Source: Methanoregula sp. (lineage in GTDB: Archaea; Halobacteriota; Methanomicrobia; Methanomicrobiales; Methanospirillaceae). Taken from it: DNA of 45,347 nt. Numbering within the stretch: the first letter of the stretch is position 1; the number at the start of each line of letters is the position of its first letter. Where the stretch lies: positions 1 through 45,347 of the forward strand of contig JAPKXT010000227.1 of NCBI GenBank assembly GCA_026394695.1, read 5' to 3'. Both the position numbers and the translations under genes were made by a program. The notes under the pieces are model-generated. The model made no database searches, was not told where the DNA came from, and saw only the letters and a list, made by a program, of their open reading frames with translations. Shown here piece after piece: positions 1 to 10,146 of the stretch.

Positions 1-90
1 GGGGTATCGCATTTTTGGGTGAGCACAAAGCGGCGGGGGTGAAACCCCAGTTGAGCATTCAGGATTTTTAAAAAACATTTCTCCAGAGCC
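1..90. mobile_element. Right end of a MITE-like element related to 7943-8198, truncated by the window edge
   Basis: Ends in ATTTCTCCAGAGCC (77-90), resembling the right TIR ATTTCAACAGAGCC of the 7943-8198 element. Also shares the internal block TATCGCA..TTTGGG..AGCGGCGGGGG (5-39 vs ~8097-8131). Left end and TSD are not visible. Confidence 0.6.
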
Positions 91-94
91 AAAA

Positions 95-235
95 TATCAT
101 TGTTTTTAGAGGGGGTAACGCAGGTATTGAGTGGATTGCAGACATGGGGGCTGATACCCCTATACCCCTGAATACAAGGGAACGTCGCCGCCCCAAAAAG
201 GGACGCCCCAGCGGCAGTTCAAGTACCGTTTTTAT
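95..235 (-). repeat. Dispersed non-coding repeat, copy A
   Basis: Reverse complement of 191-235 matches 8331-8375 at 39/45 nt, and reverse complement of 110-168 matches 8373-8431 at 43/59 nt (manual alignment). Confidence 0.8.
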
Positions 236-414
236 TCACCGCTTCTGATTCTTTTGTGATTGCATTATACAAGAAAAACAAGAAAAAATTGTACCAGGTT
301 TTTCCTGCTGGAATTGCCGTTAGGGGACAATTTAAGTAATTTTACATGAAATATATAATTTATACCTATGATCAGGCATTACATGATTTGTATGATTCAT
401 GGGGGTGCGTTTAC

Positions 415-1650
415 GTGTATTCAACAGATACTACCAAGTACCTTATTCACATCAGCCTCACTGCAGAGGGGGTGGTCGAGAAACCTGACGTAGTCGGTGC
501 CATTTTCGGACAGACTGAAGGGTTGCTCGGCGAAGACTTAGACCTGCGGGATCTCCAGAGGACAGGGCGTGTTGGACGTATTGACGTCCAGATAACCAGC
601 AAAAAGGGCGAGACAAAAGGAGAGATTTTAATCTCCACTTCACTTGACCGCGCAGAGACAGCCATCCTTGCCGCCTCCCTTGAAACGATTGACCGGGTCG
701 GGCCCTGCATTGCACATGTCACTGTTGAATCCATTGAGGATATCCGCGTTGTCAAACGGAAAAAGATTGTCGAGCGTGCAAAAGAGATACTCCTGGACCG
801 TTTTGAAGAGGGAGTTATTGACAGCGATGAACTGCTGGATGATGTCCGGCAGGTCATCCGTATAGAAAAGATTGGGTCCATAGGAGACGAGAAGATCCCC
901 GCGGGTCCTAATGTCCTTGATTCGGATGCCATTATTATCGTGGAAGGCAGGGCTGATGTGCTGAATCTTCTCCGTTACGGGATAAAAAATGCCGTAGCAG
1001 TTGAGGGAACGCACATCCCCAGAATTATAGAGGATTTGTGCGAAAAGAAGACTGCAACGGCTTTTTTTGACGGTGACCGCGGGGGCGAGCTGATCCTGCG
1101 TGAACTCCTGCAGGTTGCCGATATCGACTTTGTTGCGTTCTCTCCCAAGGGTAAAAGCGTTGAAGATATGGCGAGGAAAGAGGTTATCAAGACCCTGCGG
1201 AACAAAGTGCCGGTTGAATACATCCGCGACCAGTATTTTGAAGATTCTGCGGAGCTCCCACAGGAGCTGCGGATCCCACGAATTATTCCTGAAGATGGTG
1301 AGGATGCTGACCGGAAAGGAAAGAATCCTGCAGGAATGAAACGGTCACGGGAAGTAAGGAAAAGCGGACCGCTCACGATCAGGGACCATATCGATGATGT
1401 GAGAGGACAAAAACTTGCCCGGTTTCTCAGCGATGACCTGACCTTGGTAAAAGAACTGCAATCCGACGAAGTGGAAAAAGGCGTCGAGACCGTAGACAGT
1501 TCTGTTACCGGGCTTGTGGTCGACCGGTCTGTCGACCAGAAACTCCTTGACCGGTTGGTGGGGAAGGGACTTACCTACGTGGCGGCAAAGGATTTCAAGG
1601 GGATCATTAAACGCCCGTTATCGATCCGTCTGATAAAAATGGGGTCGTAA
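415..1650 (+). CDS. dnaG: Archaeal DnaG-type primase / exosome-associated protein
   Basis: N-terminal KY.I...[21 protein letters not shown] and TOPRIM motifs IIVEGRADV and DGDRGG. GTG start at 415 follows SD-like GGGGGTG; the ORF track start at 346 is probably too early. Confidence 0.95.
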   Translation: MYSTDTTKYLIHISLTAEGVVEKPDVVGAIFGQTEGLLGEDLDLRDLQRTGRVGRIDVQITSKKGETKGEILISTSLDRAETAILAASLETIDRVGPCIAHVTVESIEDIRVVKRKKIVERAKEILLDRFEEGVIDSDELLDDVRQVIRIEKIGSIGDEKIPAGPNVLDSDAIIIVEGRADVLNLLRYGIKNAVAVEGTHIPRIIEDLCEKKTATAFFDGDRGGELILRELLQVADIDFVAFSPKGKSVEDMARKEVIKTLRNKVPVEYIRDQYFEDSAELPQELRIPRIIPEDGEDADRKGKNPAGMKRSREVRKSGPLTIRDHIDDVRGQKLARFLSDDLTLVKELQSDEVEKGVETVDSSVTGLVVDRSVDQKLLDRLVGKGLTYVAAKDFKGIIKRPLSIRLIKMGS

Positions 1651-1711
1651 TATCCTGTCAGGCATACGTATTTATGGTTCGTAAAACTACGTTATTGTCC
1701 GGAGTAAAAGT

Positions 1712-1993
1712 ATGCATAAAGAGGAACTGATCAACCTTCACCAGATGCTCTATGATATAAAAATTTTCTTTGAAGGCTTGAATCATGACCTGAAATTTCC
1801 CCTGTACAACGCATTAAAGATCACACCCTCCCAGCAGCACAAGAGCAAGATGGAGCATAAATATGCGATTTTTGTACTGGGAAACGAGATTGCGAACGCG
1901 ATGAAAGAAGTCGATTATTCGTCCTCAAGCAGAATATCGGCACGAATGAAGGAACTTGCTGAAAGAACCCTCAAAGAAATGGATGATTCATAA
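1712..1993 (+). CDS. UPF0058 family protein
   Basis: MHKEELINLHQ...Y..L.I.P...HKSK.EHK.AIFVLG signature; GGAG upstream. Confidence 0.85.
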   Translation: MHKEELINLHQMLYDIKIFFEGLNHDLKFPLYNALKITPSQQHKSKMEHKYAIFVLGNEIANAMKEVDYSSSSRISARMKELAERTLKEMDDS

Positions 1994-2133
1994 TTTTTTC
2001 GCTCTATAAACAATTACTATCCTCTTCTTCTCGATACAATCCCTTGTCTTTTCCCTGCCTCCGGTTGTTCCTCCCTAAAAAAATTCCTGCGGAGGAAGAT
2101 ACGTTAAAATCAGATCACGATCGATGATCGCTC

Positions 2134-3069
2134 ATGAAGTATTATTCCGATACCGAATGGGGACTTGATATCGGGCAGGTCAATATGGCCGTGGAATCAG
2201 CATTCGCTGATCATGGGTGGGGACGCATCCAGATGCCCCCCAAAGTATACATCACGCTGCCCAACGGGGACTTCAGGACGATGCCGGCATACCTTCCCTC
2301 ACTGTCCATTGCCGGTGTCAAAATTGTGAATGTCCATCCAGACAATCCAAAAAACGGACTTCCAACGGTGATGGCCCTTACTATCATTCTGGATATTGAG
2401 AGTGGTCAGCCCACTGCCGTGATTAATGCAACCAGGCTTACGGACATGCGGACTGGAGCAGCGGGGGCTGTTGCCGGTAAATACCTGTCTGCCAAAAAAG
2501 AGATTATCCTTGGTGTTATTGGTACGGGCAGGCAGGCACAAGCGCAGGTTACCGCGATCTCGCGGGAACTGAAGATCCGGCAGATAAAGATCTGGAGCCG
2601 TACTCCAGAACACATCCGGAAATTTGCTGACCGGTTTATAGAATTTCCCTGCCATGCTTCCTCCCTGGAAAACACCTGCGATTGCGACGTCCTTGTTACC
2701 ACAACCCCCTCTAAAAGCCCCCTTATCAGGAGTGAATGGATCCATGAAGGGACCCACATCAATGCCATTGGGGCAGATGCTCCCGGAAAAGAGGAACTTG
2801 ATCCGGCCCTGCTCATGCGTGCCCAGGTCTTTGTTGATGATCCAGCCCAGGCAATTCATTCCGGTGAGATTAACGTACCGATAAGCCAGGGTATTTACCG
2901 TGCAACGGACATTGCCGGAACTCTTGGTGAAGTAGTGATCGGAAAGAAAAAAAGGGCAGGCCCGGAGACCATCACTATCTTTGACTCTACCGGACTTGCC
3001 ATCCAGGACCTAGCGATTGCCAAAATAGCAATGCAGCACGGAAAAACGATTGATCTGCCTTTTCCCTGA
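2134..3069 (+). CDS. ala: Archaeal alanine dehydrogenase (ornithine cyclodeaminase/mu-crystallin family)
   Basis: GDFRTMPAY, GVKIVNVHP, LTDMRTGAAG, GTGRQA, HINAIGADAPGK and FDSTGLAIQD motifs. Confidence 0.85.
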   Translation: MKYYSDTEWGLDIGQVNMAVESAFADHGWGRIQMPPKVYITLPNGDFRTMPAYLPSLSIAGVKIVNVHPDNPKNGLPTVMALTIILDIESGQPTAVINATRLTDMRTGAAGAVAGKYLSAKKEIILGVIGTGRQAQAQVTAISRELKIRQIKIWSRTPEHIRKFADRFIEFPCHASSLENTCDCDVLVTTTPSKSPLIRSEWIHEGTHINAIGADAPGKEELDPALLMRAQVFVDDPAQAIHSGEINVPISQGIYRATDIAGTLGEVVIGKKKRAGPETITIFDSTGLAIQDLAIAKIAMQHGKTIDLPFP

Positions 3070-3080
3070 AAAAAGATTAA

Positions 3081-4547
3081 TTATTCTTTTGATTGCGCGT
3101 ATTTTTTCCAGACCTGTTCACGATAGACAGGGCCGCTGTTGTAGGTGCAGAAAGGAATGAGTTTTCCGTCAGGTGTCGCATAGTGGATGCAACACCGCTG
3201 GACACGATCAAGATCGTAATTATACCGGTCCATGAAATGCATGGTACCGATAAAAAGTGCATTCCAGTGGAACTCCCTGAGCGCTTCAAAGTTCTGCCCG
3301 ATAAGCGTCTTTCCGATAATCTTCCAGAACTCTGTCGTGTTTCCCTGTTCCCCGTTCTTAACGGAATCGTGCATGTTTTTGACGCCCTCCAGCAGTGCAG
3401 CATATTTATTGATGGTACCACCTTTCCTGAGTTTTTCTGCCATCTGTTCAATTGATTCAAAGAATTTCTCTACATCCACCATCCGGTTTACCGGAACAAC
3501 GGTCCCATCTTTCTGGACAAAGACATAGGTAGCTGCACCGCAGTGAGGGTGGGCGGTGAACCTGACCTGGGGACGCCCGGTATAGGCCTCAACAAGGTCG
3601 GAAAAGGGCAGTACACAGGGGACCGGGTAGAAATCATCCTTTCTTAAAACCCCCTGCATCTGTTCTTCGATATCTGCCAGGACATCCGGAATCGTGATGC
3701 GCGATTTTTTGACGTCATCATCAGTCGCTGCACCGGTAAAGGCGATCGGCTGGAAGTTAACTCCCCTTATCACCGAGATATTTTTTACGGCAAACCGTAT
3801 GATATCGCCAAGTTCGTTATCATTCTTCCCCAGAATTACGGTCGGGACAAGGACGACGCCAAGACGGACATTTTTGAGATTCTCTATCGCTTTCTCATGG
3901 AATTTTAAAAACGGGTTGGTTGCGGGGCTGACGCCATCAAAGTGAAGATAGACAGTACTAAGTCCTGAATCTTTGAGCTGTTGGGCATAACCGGGTTCGT
4001 TTGCAATCCGGATACCGTTGGAAGCAATTTGAACCTGGGGAAATCCCATCTCTTTTGCTTTTCTGATGATCTTCACCAGATCATTTCGCATCGTAGGTTC
4101 GCCACCGGAGAACTGCACAGCTGGAGCAGGGACGGGTTTTTCATTCCTGAGAACAGTCATCATCCTGACAATATCCTCATAATCCGGTTCGTACTCAAAT
4201 CCGCACGCACGGGCGTTGGCAAAACAGAAATCGCAGTCAAGATTGCACCTGTTCGTGAGATCGATGTTGGCAAGCAGGGTTTGCGAATGGTGATTGTTGC
4301 ATAATCCACAGGAAGAAGGGCAGCTTTCAGGAAGAGCAATATTCTGGGGATTTGCAATGCCGGTGCCTATTGCACCGTAATGTTCGAACCGGTGATACAA
4401 TGCCGGATCTGACCAGTAGAGGTTATGGAATTTTCCGTGCCGGGGGCACGTACTGTCCAGCCAGATCTTTCCCTCTTCTTCCACGATATCCGCATCAATT
4501 GCAGAATTACATAAAGGGCAAAGACTCCGAGTTTTTTTAATCAGCAT
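3081..4547 (-). CDS. tes: Radical SAM tetraether lipid synthase (GDGT/macrocyclic archaeol synthase)
   Basis: N-terminal T.SLCP.C...CP.HG, CPSSCGLC..H, radical SAM CNLDCDFC, HPHCG and C-terminal RCCIHY...PFC.YN. Start placed at ATG 4547 (MLIKKT). Confidence 0.9.
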   Translation of the reverse strand: MLIKKTRSLCPLCNSAIDADIVEEEGKIWLDSTCPRHGKFHNLYWSDPALYHRFEHYGAIGTGIANPQNIALPESCPSSCGLCNNHHSQTLLANIDLTNRCNLDCDFCFANARACGFEYEPDYEDIVRMMTVLRNEKPVPAPAVQFSGGEPTMRNDLVKIIRKAKEMGFPQVQIASNGIRIANEPGYAQQLKDSGLSTVYLHFDGVSPATNPFLKFHEKAIENLKNVRLGVVLVPTVILGKNDNELGDIIRFAVKNISVIRGVNFQPIAFTGAATDDDVKKSRITIPDVLADIEEQMQGVLRKDDFYPVPCVLPFSDLVEAYTGRPQVRFTAHPHCGAATYVFVQKDGTVVPVNRMVDVEKFFESIEQMAEKLRKGGTINKYAALLEGVKNMHDSVKNGEQGNTTEFWKIIGKTLIGQNFEALREFHWNALFIGTMHFMDRYNYDLDRVQRCCIHYATPDGKLIPFCTYNSGPVYREQVWKKYAQSKE

Positions 4548-4693
4548 TGATGTCCACCCGTTGCACAATTGTTCAGATTTATCTCATTCAGAGTAACTTT
4601 AATGTTTGTGCCTGCTCTTTATTACAGGTATTGGAGTGTTACATCATTAGTGTTGATTTTTTCCTGCTGCCATTGCTTTCCGCGGTCTGGATA

Positions 4694-5194
4694 ATGCTCC
4701 CAGCATATCTCCCCAACCCGGTTGCTGCGCTCTTCGGAGGAGGCACCCCTATTGATCTGGGGAGGAATTTCTCTGACGGAAAGCGGGTATTTGGCGATGG
4801 CAAGACAATCCGCGGTCTTTGTATGGGAATTTTGGCCGGTATCGGGATTGGGTTGGTGCAGATCTGGATTACGGGCAGTTACGGACTGGATTACCTGCCC
4901 CGTCACACGTATCTGTCGATTACCCTGCTTGCAACCGGAGCACTCCTCGGGGATTTATGCAAGAGCTTCTTTAAGCGGAGATTCGGGAAAGAACGGGGAA
5001 CAAAATGGCCGTTTGCCGATCAATATGATCTCGTGGCGGGAGCTTTGATCCTCCTGCTGGTCGTTGATCCGTCATGGATTTATGCAAACATGACCCTCCC
5101 GGCTTTTATTATCATCCTGATCCTCACCCCGGTCCTTCACCGGATAGTAAATATTATTGGGTATTATATAGGTGTCAAGGAGGTTCCCTGGTGA
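4694..5194 (+). CDS. carS: CDP-archaeol synthase
   Basis: MLPAYLPN..A..GGG.PID, GDGKT, GDL.KSF.KRR.G..RG and DQ.D motifs. Start uncertain; may lie up to ~60 nt upstream (TTG 4631). Confidence 0.9.
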   Translation: MLPAYLPNPVAALFGGGTPIDLGRNFSDGKRVFGDGKTIRGLCMGILAGIGIGLVQIWITGSYGLDYLPRHTYLSITLLATGALLGDLCKSFFKRRFGKERGTKWPFADQYDLVAGALILLLVVDPSWIYANMTLPAFIIILILTPVLHRIVNIIGYYIGVKEVPW

Positions 5195-5694
5195 ACACTA
5201 TTGCAGACCTGCTCTTAAAGTATAAAGCAATTGAATTTGGCGAATTCACACTCGCCTCTGGCAAAAAAAGCCCGTACTACGTTGATGTAAAAACCGCCGT
5301 CACCAACCCGGATCTCCTCGTTGCCATTGTATCGGCAATTGCACACACACACACATTCGATGTAGTAGCCGGTGTTGCTGTTGGTGGTATCCCTCTTGCT
5401 GTTGCAACCTCAATCATTTCAAAAAAGCCCTATGCGATCATACGGGCCGAAGAAAAAAGCCATGGGAAAAAAGATGTCATCATCGGCACGGTCAAAGATG
5501 CCAACGTCTTACTTGTTGAAGATGTTACAACCTCAGGAGGATCGGCACTTTACGGAATTTGTGCCCTTCGGGCTGCGGGTGCTCGGGCTGATCGTGTTGT
5601 AACGGTTGTTGACCGCGAGCAGGGTGCAGGAGAGATGCTCAGGCAACAGGGCGTGCACCTTCTCCCGCTGGTAAAAGTCAGCGAGATCTTATAA
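5191..5694 (+). CDS. pyrE: Orotate phosphoribosyltransferase
   Basis: [17 protein letters not shown] and PRPP motif [16 protein letters not shown] start overlaps the carS stop (GTGA) after GGAGG. Confidence 0.95.
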   Translation: MNTIADLLLKYKAIEFGEFTLASGKKSPYYVDVKTAVTNPDLLVAIVSAIAHTHTFDVVAGVAVGGIPLAVATSIISKKPYAIIRAEEKSHGKKDVIIGTVKDANVLLVEDVTTSGGSALYGICALRAAGARADRVVTVVDREQGAGEMLRQQGVHLLPLVKVSEIL

Positions 5695-5735
5695 GAGTAA
5701 ACCATTTTTATTGTTCAGCACAAGAGTACTTGGAT

Positions 5736-7022
5736 ATGAAAATACTCGTTGTTGGCGGGGGAGGAAGGGAGCATGCGATAGCCCGTGCACTTGCCTGCAA
5801 CAGTGAGACTGAAATTTTTTCTGTAATGGCAAAACAAAACCCCGGGATCTCCCGTATTGCCAAAGGAGTCAGGCTCTGCAGGGAGACTGACATACCCCGG
5901 ATTATTTCGTATACACAGGAAACCGGTGTTGAATATGCCTTTATTGGTCCTGAAGCACCGCTTGAAGCAGGAATTGTGGATCAGCTCGAATCTGTCGGTA
6001 TTGGTTGTGTGGGTCCCACGCGTGCAGCAGCCCGGATTGAGACGGACAAAGCGTTCTGCCGGGGGATGATGGAGCAGCACACTATTGACGGGTGCCCAAA
6101 ATACCGTGTCTTTCACTCACCATCAGATGCGATCTCGTTCATTAACGACCATGAGGGGGACCTCGCCATAAAACCAATCGGTCTTACCGGGGGGAAAGGT
6201 GTGCGGATCATGGGAGAGCAGGTTGACCGGGCAGGGGCGATTGCATATGTGAAATCTTTGAGCGGTAATGTTGTACTTGAAGAGCGCCTTATCGGGGAAG
6301 AGTTTACCCTGCAGGCGTTTGTCGAGGGTACCCGTCTCGTTCCCATGCCGCTTGTGCAGGATCATAAACGTGCGTTTGAGGGGGATCTCGGCCCGAACAC
6401 CGGGGGCATGGGTTCCTATTCGATGCCAGACCATATGCTTCCCTTTGTCTCAAAAAGTGACTATAAAAAAGCGCTTGGGATAATGCATTCCACCGTTGCT
6501 GCTCTGGAAAGGACCGGGCACCCTTACAAGGGGATCCTGTACGGCCAGTTCATGAATACCGCACAAGGCCCGAAGGTCATAGAATTCAATGCCCGGTTTG
6601 GTGATCCGGAGGCAATGAACGTGCTCTCCCTGCTCACTTCCGATCTTTCTGATATCGTTGTTAACCTTACCAGAGGATCGCTTTCTGCTGCAAACGTAAC
6701 CTTTGACCGGAAAGCAACCGTATGCAAATATATCGTACCTGAAGGGTATCCGGATGCTGCAATTGCCGGAGCTTCGGTTACGATCGGATCACCGTCCGGA
6801 GCAATCCTGTATTATGCAAATGTTGAAGAACACGAGGGAAAACTCTCAACCCTGACCTCAAGGACACTTGCGTTTGTCGGTATTGGTCCGACCCTTGAAG
6901 AGGCGGAACGGAGTGCGGAACAATCGGCATCTGCTGTCAAAGGTCGCGTACACTACCGTCGCGATATAGGGACAGGCGCACTGCTTGAGCAGCGCATTGC
7001 CCACATGAAGGAGTTACGATGA
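5736..7022 (+). CDS. purD: Phosphoribosylamine--glycine ligase
   Basis: [39 protein letters not shown] and [10 protein letters not shown]. Confidence 0.97.
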   Translation: MKILVVGGGGREHAIARALACNSETEIFSVMAKQNPGISRIAKGVRLCRETDIPRIISYTQETGVEYAFIGPEAPLEAGIVDQLESVGIGCVGPTRAAARIETDKAFCRGMMEQHTIDGCPKYRVFHSPSDAISFINDHEGDLAIKPIGLTGGKGVRIMGEQVDRAGAIAYVKSLSGNVVLEERLIGEEFTLQAFVEGTRLVPMPLVQDHKRAFEGDLGPNTGGMGSYSMPDHMLPFVSKSDYKKALGIMHSTVAALERTGHPYKGILYGQFMNTAQGPKVIEFNARFGDPEAMNVLSLLTSDLSDIVVNLTRGSLSAANVTFDRKATVCKYIVPEGYPDAAIAGASVTIGSPSGAILYYANVEEHEGKLSTLTSRTLAFVGIGPTLEEAERSAEQSASAVKGRVHYRRDIGTGALLEQRIAHMKELR

Positions 7023-7930
7023 AGAAGGATTTTCTTTCAATTCTTGATATCAGCAAAGACGAGCTCGGGCAGATCCTGTGCGAAGCTGAGCACCTCAAAT
7101 CGTTAAAAAAAGAGGGTAAAGTTCACGATGTCCTGCGCGGTAAAAACCTCGCCATGATCTTTGAGAAGTCATCCACCCGGACGCACATCTCGTTTGAAGT
7201 CGGTATGAACGAGCTGGGAGGACACGCCCTTTTTTTAAATGCTCGCGATATGCAGATCTGGAGGGGCGAAGAGATCCGGGATACTGCACGGGCAGCTTCC
7301 CGGTATGTCTCCGGCCTGATGATCCGCGCCTATAAACACAGTACCATCGAGGAATTTGCACGGCACGCCACGATTCCCGTCATTAATGGACTCTCCGATC
7401 TCGAGCATCCCTGCCAGCTGCTCGCCGACATCATGACTATACAGGAGCACTTCGGCTCGACCCGCGAGCTCCGTGTGGCCTGGGTCGGGGACGGGAACAA
7501 TGTCTGTAATTCGCTGATTCTCTCCACCGTTCTCACCGGGATGAACGTGACAGTTGCAACCCCGGAAGGGTATGAACCGGCTGAGGAGATCGTGAAGAAG
7601 GCGCACACCCTTGGCGGGAAAGTAACCCTTCTCAGGAAGCCGGAACAAGCCGTGAAGGATGCGGATGTTATCGTCACTGACACGTGGATTTCCATGGGTG
7701 ATGATGCTGAACGCGAAGAGCGTATAAGGGTGTTCCGCAACTACACGGTGGATGCAGCACTCATGCGGCATGCCTCTCCTGATGCCCGGGTGCTCCACTG
7801 TCTCCCGGCACACCGCGGCCAGGAGATCGCCGATGAAGTGATGGAAGGGGGCCAGAGCCTTGTCTGGGACGAAGCGGAAAACCGGCTCCATGCACAAAAA
7901 GCGTTGTTGGTCCGGATGCTGAAAAAATAA
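7019..7930 (+). CDS. argF: Ornithine carbamoyltransferase
   Basis: [23 protein letters not shown] and HCLP motifs; ATGA overlap with purD. Confidence 0.97.
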   Translation: MKKDFLSILDISKDELGQILCEAEHLKSLKKEGKVHDVLRGKNLAMIFEKSSTRTHISFEVGMNELGGHALFLNARDMQIWRGEEIRDTARAASRYVSGLMIRAYKHSTIEEFARHATIPVINGLSDLEHPCQLLADIMTIQEHFGSTRELRVAWVGDGNNVCNSLILSTVLTGMNVTVATPEGYEPAEEIVKKAHTLGGKVTLLRKPEQAVKDADVIVTDTWISMGDDAEREERIRVFRNYTVDAALMRHASPDARVLHCLPAHRGQEIADEVMEGGQSLVWDEAENRLHAQKALLVRMLKK

Positions 7931-7942
7931 AAAAGTTTTTTC

Positions 7943-8198
7943 GGCTTTGTTGGAATCCTCTTTTTCCTGTAATTCGCTTATTCTCTGTGACAGCTAGGAG
8001 GGTGACCCCTTCTCTCCCCCAGAGGGGGAGGCAGCCCAAGGGGAGCATCCCCTTACTCCCTCTTTTGTCGGGGTTTTCCATCAACCTTCTGATGATTATC
8101 GCAATATTTGGGGATGCCCGAGCGGCGGGGGCGGAAGCACGATGTGCTGGAGCCCCCAAAAGCGACTGCTTGTCTCTCTCTAGGATTTCAACAGAGCC
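7943..8198. mobile_element. Non-autonomous MITE with IS5-family (IS903-like) ends, 256 bp
   Basis: 17-bp TIRs GGCTTTGTTGGAATCCT (7943-7959) and AGGATTTCAACAGAGCC (8182-8198), 15/17 complementary. Perfect 8-bp flanking direct repeat GTTTTTTC (7935-7942 and 8199-8206). No transposase. GGCTTTGTTG is the known IS903 terminus. Confidence 0.9.
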
Positions 8199-8330
8199 GT
8201 TTTTTCGTCATCTCATGTGGGTCAGATATAATATCAAATATCATTTCTGATGTGTTCCACCCCTGATAGGGTCGCGGCGACGCTTTAACGGGTTGCCGCT
8301 GGGTAATACATTTTTTTAAGGATCACGCTC

Positions 8331-8445
8331 ATAAAAACTGCACTCGGACTGCCGCGGGGGCGTCCGTTTTTGGGGGTAGAGGCCCATCGGATCCCATATT
8401 TGTAATCTTCTCAATACATGCGGTAACCACTTAAAACAGCGATGT
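8331..8445 (+). repeat. Dispersed non-coding repeat, copy B (about 25 nt shorter than copy A)
   Basis: Aligns in two blocks to the reverse complement of 95-235; the blocks join at a G5 run. Confidence 0.8.
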
Positions 8446-8448
8446 GCC

Positions 8449-8469
8449 TTAAAAAAAAGTTTTTTTTAA
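8449..8469. terminator. Possible bidirectional oligo-T terminator
   Basis: Palindromic TT-A8-G-T8-AA about 10 nt past the stop of 8480-8719, in a convergent intergenic region. Confidence 0.45.
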
Positions 8470-8479
8470 AAAGATATTA

Positions 8480-8719
8480 TTACTTACCGGCAACGAATGC
8501 GTTTAACTGGTCACGCATATACGTTTCAACTTTCTGCATTACCTCAAGTTTACCTCTGAAGGCGAGGAGATCCCGTTCATCCCCTTCCATATTGGCAAAT
8601 TTGATCTTCTCTCTTCTGTCAACAACGGTAACATCGAATTTATTCAAAATATCCAAAATTATTTTCTGGGGAACACCTGGGGGGATAATAATATCATATA
8701 ACGGTTCATCATCTGGCAT
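8480..8719 (-). CDS. Small hypothetical protein
   Basis: 79-aa ORF with natural-looking composition (YDIIIPPGVP...RDLLAFRG), same strand and directly after marker 14, followed by a T-tract. Confidence 0.7.
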   Translation of the reverse strand: MPDDEPLYDIIIPPGVPQKIILDILNKFDVTVVDRREKIKFANMEGDERDLLAFRGKLEVMQKVETYMRDQLNAFVAGK

Positions 8720-10146
8720 ATGCCAAGCGAGTTCATGCAGCGCCCCATCAGTGCCGCGCCCCGGGCAAGCCCGTCATCGACAAAAACAAGATGGTCAACT
8801 GGGTCATCAAAGAGGTTACGCTCAATAATCCCCTCAAGGATATACTCGGGTTTTCTGCCGGAAATCGCCGCACGGCCGGTAAACCCGATTGAGGAATTTT
8901 CCGGTACGAGGTTCTGTTCGACCGCCACATCGATCAACCGCAATGCCATATGAGCGCAGACACGGTCGACAACTTCATTGAGGGTTGCAAGATTGTATTT
9001 TTTATGGATTTCCGATCCAACGGCAACCAGTTCATGCAGATCACTACTGTTCACTCCGCAGTCACACCCGATCATGGCGATGCCGGATTCTTTGGCAAGC
9101 CGGGCATTGACCGGAACACGCCCGAACCGGTCACGATCAGGTGGCACAATACGGATATCGATATGCTTGTGGCATCGATTTACATAATCGTCTACAACCT
9201 TACGGTTTCCCCCGCTGAATAATCCTCCGGTTACGCTGTGTTCACCAAAGATATCCAGTGCGGTTCCTGTCCGCTCATGCACAAGGCCGGTTCCCCTGAC
9301 AAGTGCATCCGGGATCGCGCCTGCAAGCCCGCAGAAATTCCCCACGGTCTTTGCAAACGGGTTGGGATTATCAGGAGAAACATCGCTGGTTATGCGTCCG
9401 TCGAGTGTTGTCCCAAAATCAACAGAAATACACGGGTTGCGAAAATCAACAGGAGTCCATTTTGCCCCCTCCTTTATTCCCGCCATCGCAAGTTCTCCCT
9501 CCATTTCATTGGCAACCATTTCGACACCGGTCGAACCAACAGGAGGTATCACACCGGCAACCGCACCGACAAATACAACCTTGTCGGCAAAGCTGAACGG
9601 CTGGAGTTTTTGTGACTGGTTTTCCTTTGACATCGGGGGAGTCATCTTACGGGGAGGTACTCCTGCGATCAGGCATCCGTTTGCAAGCGCAATGACAAAA
9701 TCCCCAATCTGGTCCGGTGATTCCATCTCGGCAACGACTCCTGTGCTGCGGACAACAAAATCAAGATCTTTTAGCACATCCAGATGAGCATCTTTGTGGC
9801 ACTGGAGCAGGGTATCCCTGACAAGCTCGGTGACTGATTCCCGGGTAAGTTCTGTCCCGTCAAGTGTTGCACCAAATATGGTCTCCCCAGGTTTTGGAGG
9901 GCGGATGTCCCGGCTCATACTTACTGTTTTATGTATCACATAGGACATCCCGGTTTCAAGATTCACACCAGTAAGGATACACTTGGTGGTAGTATTTCCC
10001 ATCTCTACGGATGCAACAATAAAATAAGGCTTGTTTTTATATTCAGGGACCTGCATTCCCGGGCCATGGGCAATCTGCGGGGGTGGGGGACTTTCAACAA
10101 TATGCGGTTTTGGTTTTATAAAGCGGGAAAAAAAACTGGCGCACAT
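8659..10146 (-). CDS. Methanogenesis marker protein 14; C-terminus possibly truncated
   Basis: YFIVASVEMGNTTTKCIL, DLDFVVRSTGV, EMVANEMEGEL, DFRNPC.S.DFGTTL.GRI and VDDGLARGAA.M.RCMNSLG. Confidence 0.88.
   Translation of the reverse strand: MCASFFSRFIKPKPHIVESPPPPQIAHGPGMQVPEYKNKPYFIVASVEMGNTTTKCILTGVNLETGMSYVIHKTVSMSRDIRPPKPGETIFGATLDGTELTRESVTELVRDTLLQCHKDAHLDVLKDLDFVVRSTGVVAEMESPDQIGDFVIALANGCLIAGVPPRKMTPPMSKENQSQKLQPFSFADKVVFVGAVAGVIPPVGSTGVEMVANEMEGELAMAGIKEGAKWTPVDFRNPCISVDFGTTLDGRITSDVSPDNPNPFAKTVGNFCGLAGAIPDALVRGTGLVHERTGTALDIFGEHSVTGGLFSGGNRKVVDDYVNRCHKHIDIRIVPPDRDRFGRVPVNARLAKESGIAMIGCDCGVNSSDLHELVAVGSEIHKKYNLATLNEVVDRVCAHMALRLIDVAVEQNLVPENSSIGFTGRAAISGRKPEYILEGIIERNLFDDPVDHLVFVDDGLARGAALMGRCMNSLGICQMMNRYMILLSPQVFPRK

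Noticed and set aside
7761-8250. ORFs 7761-8159 (-) and 7987-8250 (+) as genes or a transposase
   Set aside because: They lie across the MITE and argF, are short, and have no DDE or other recognisable motif.
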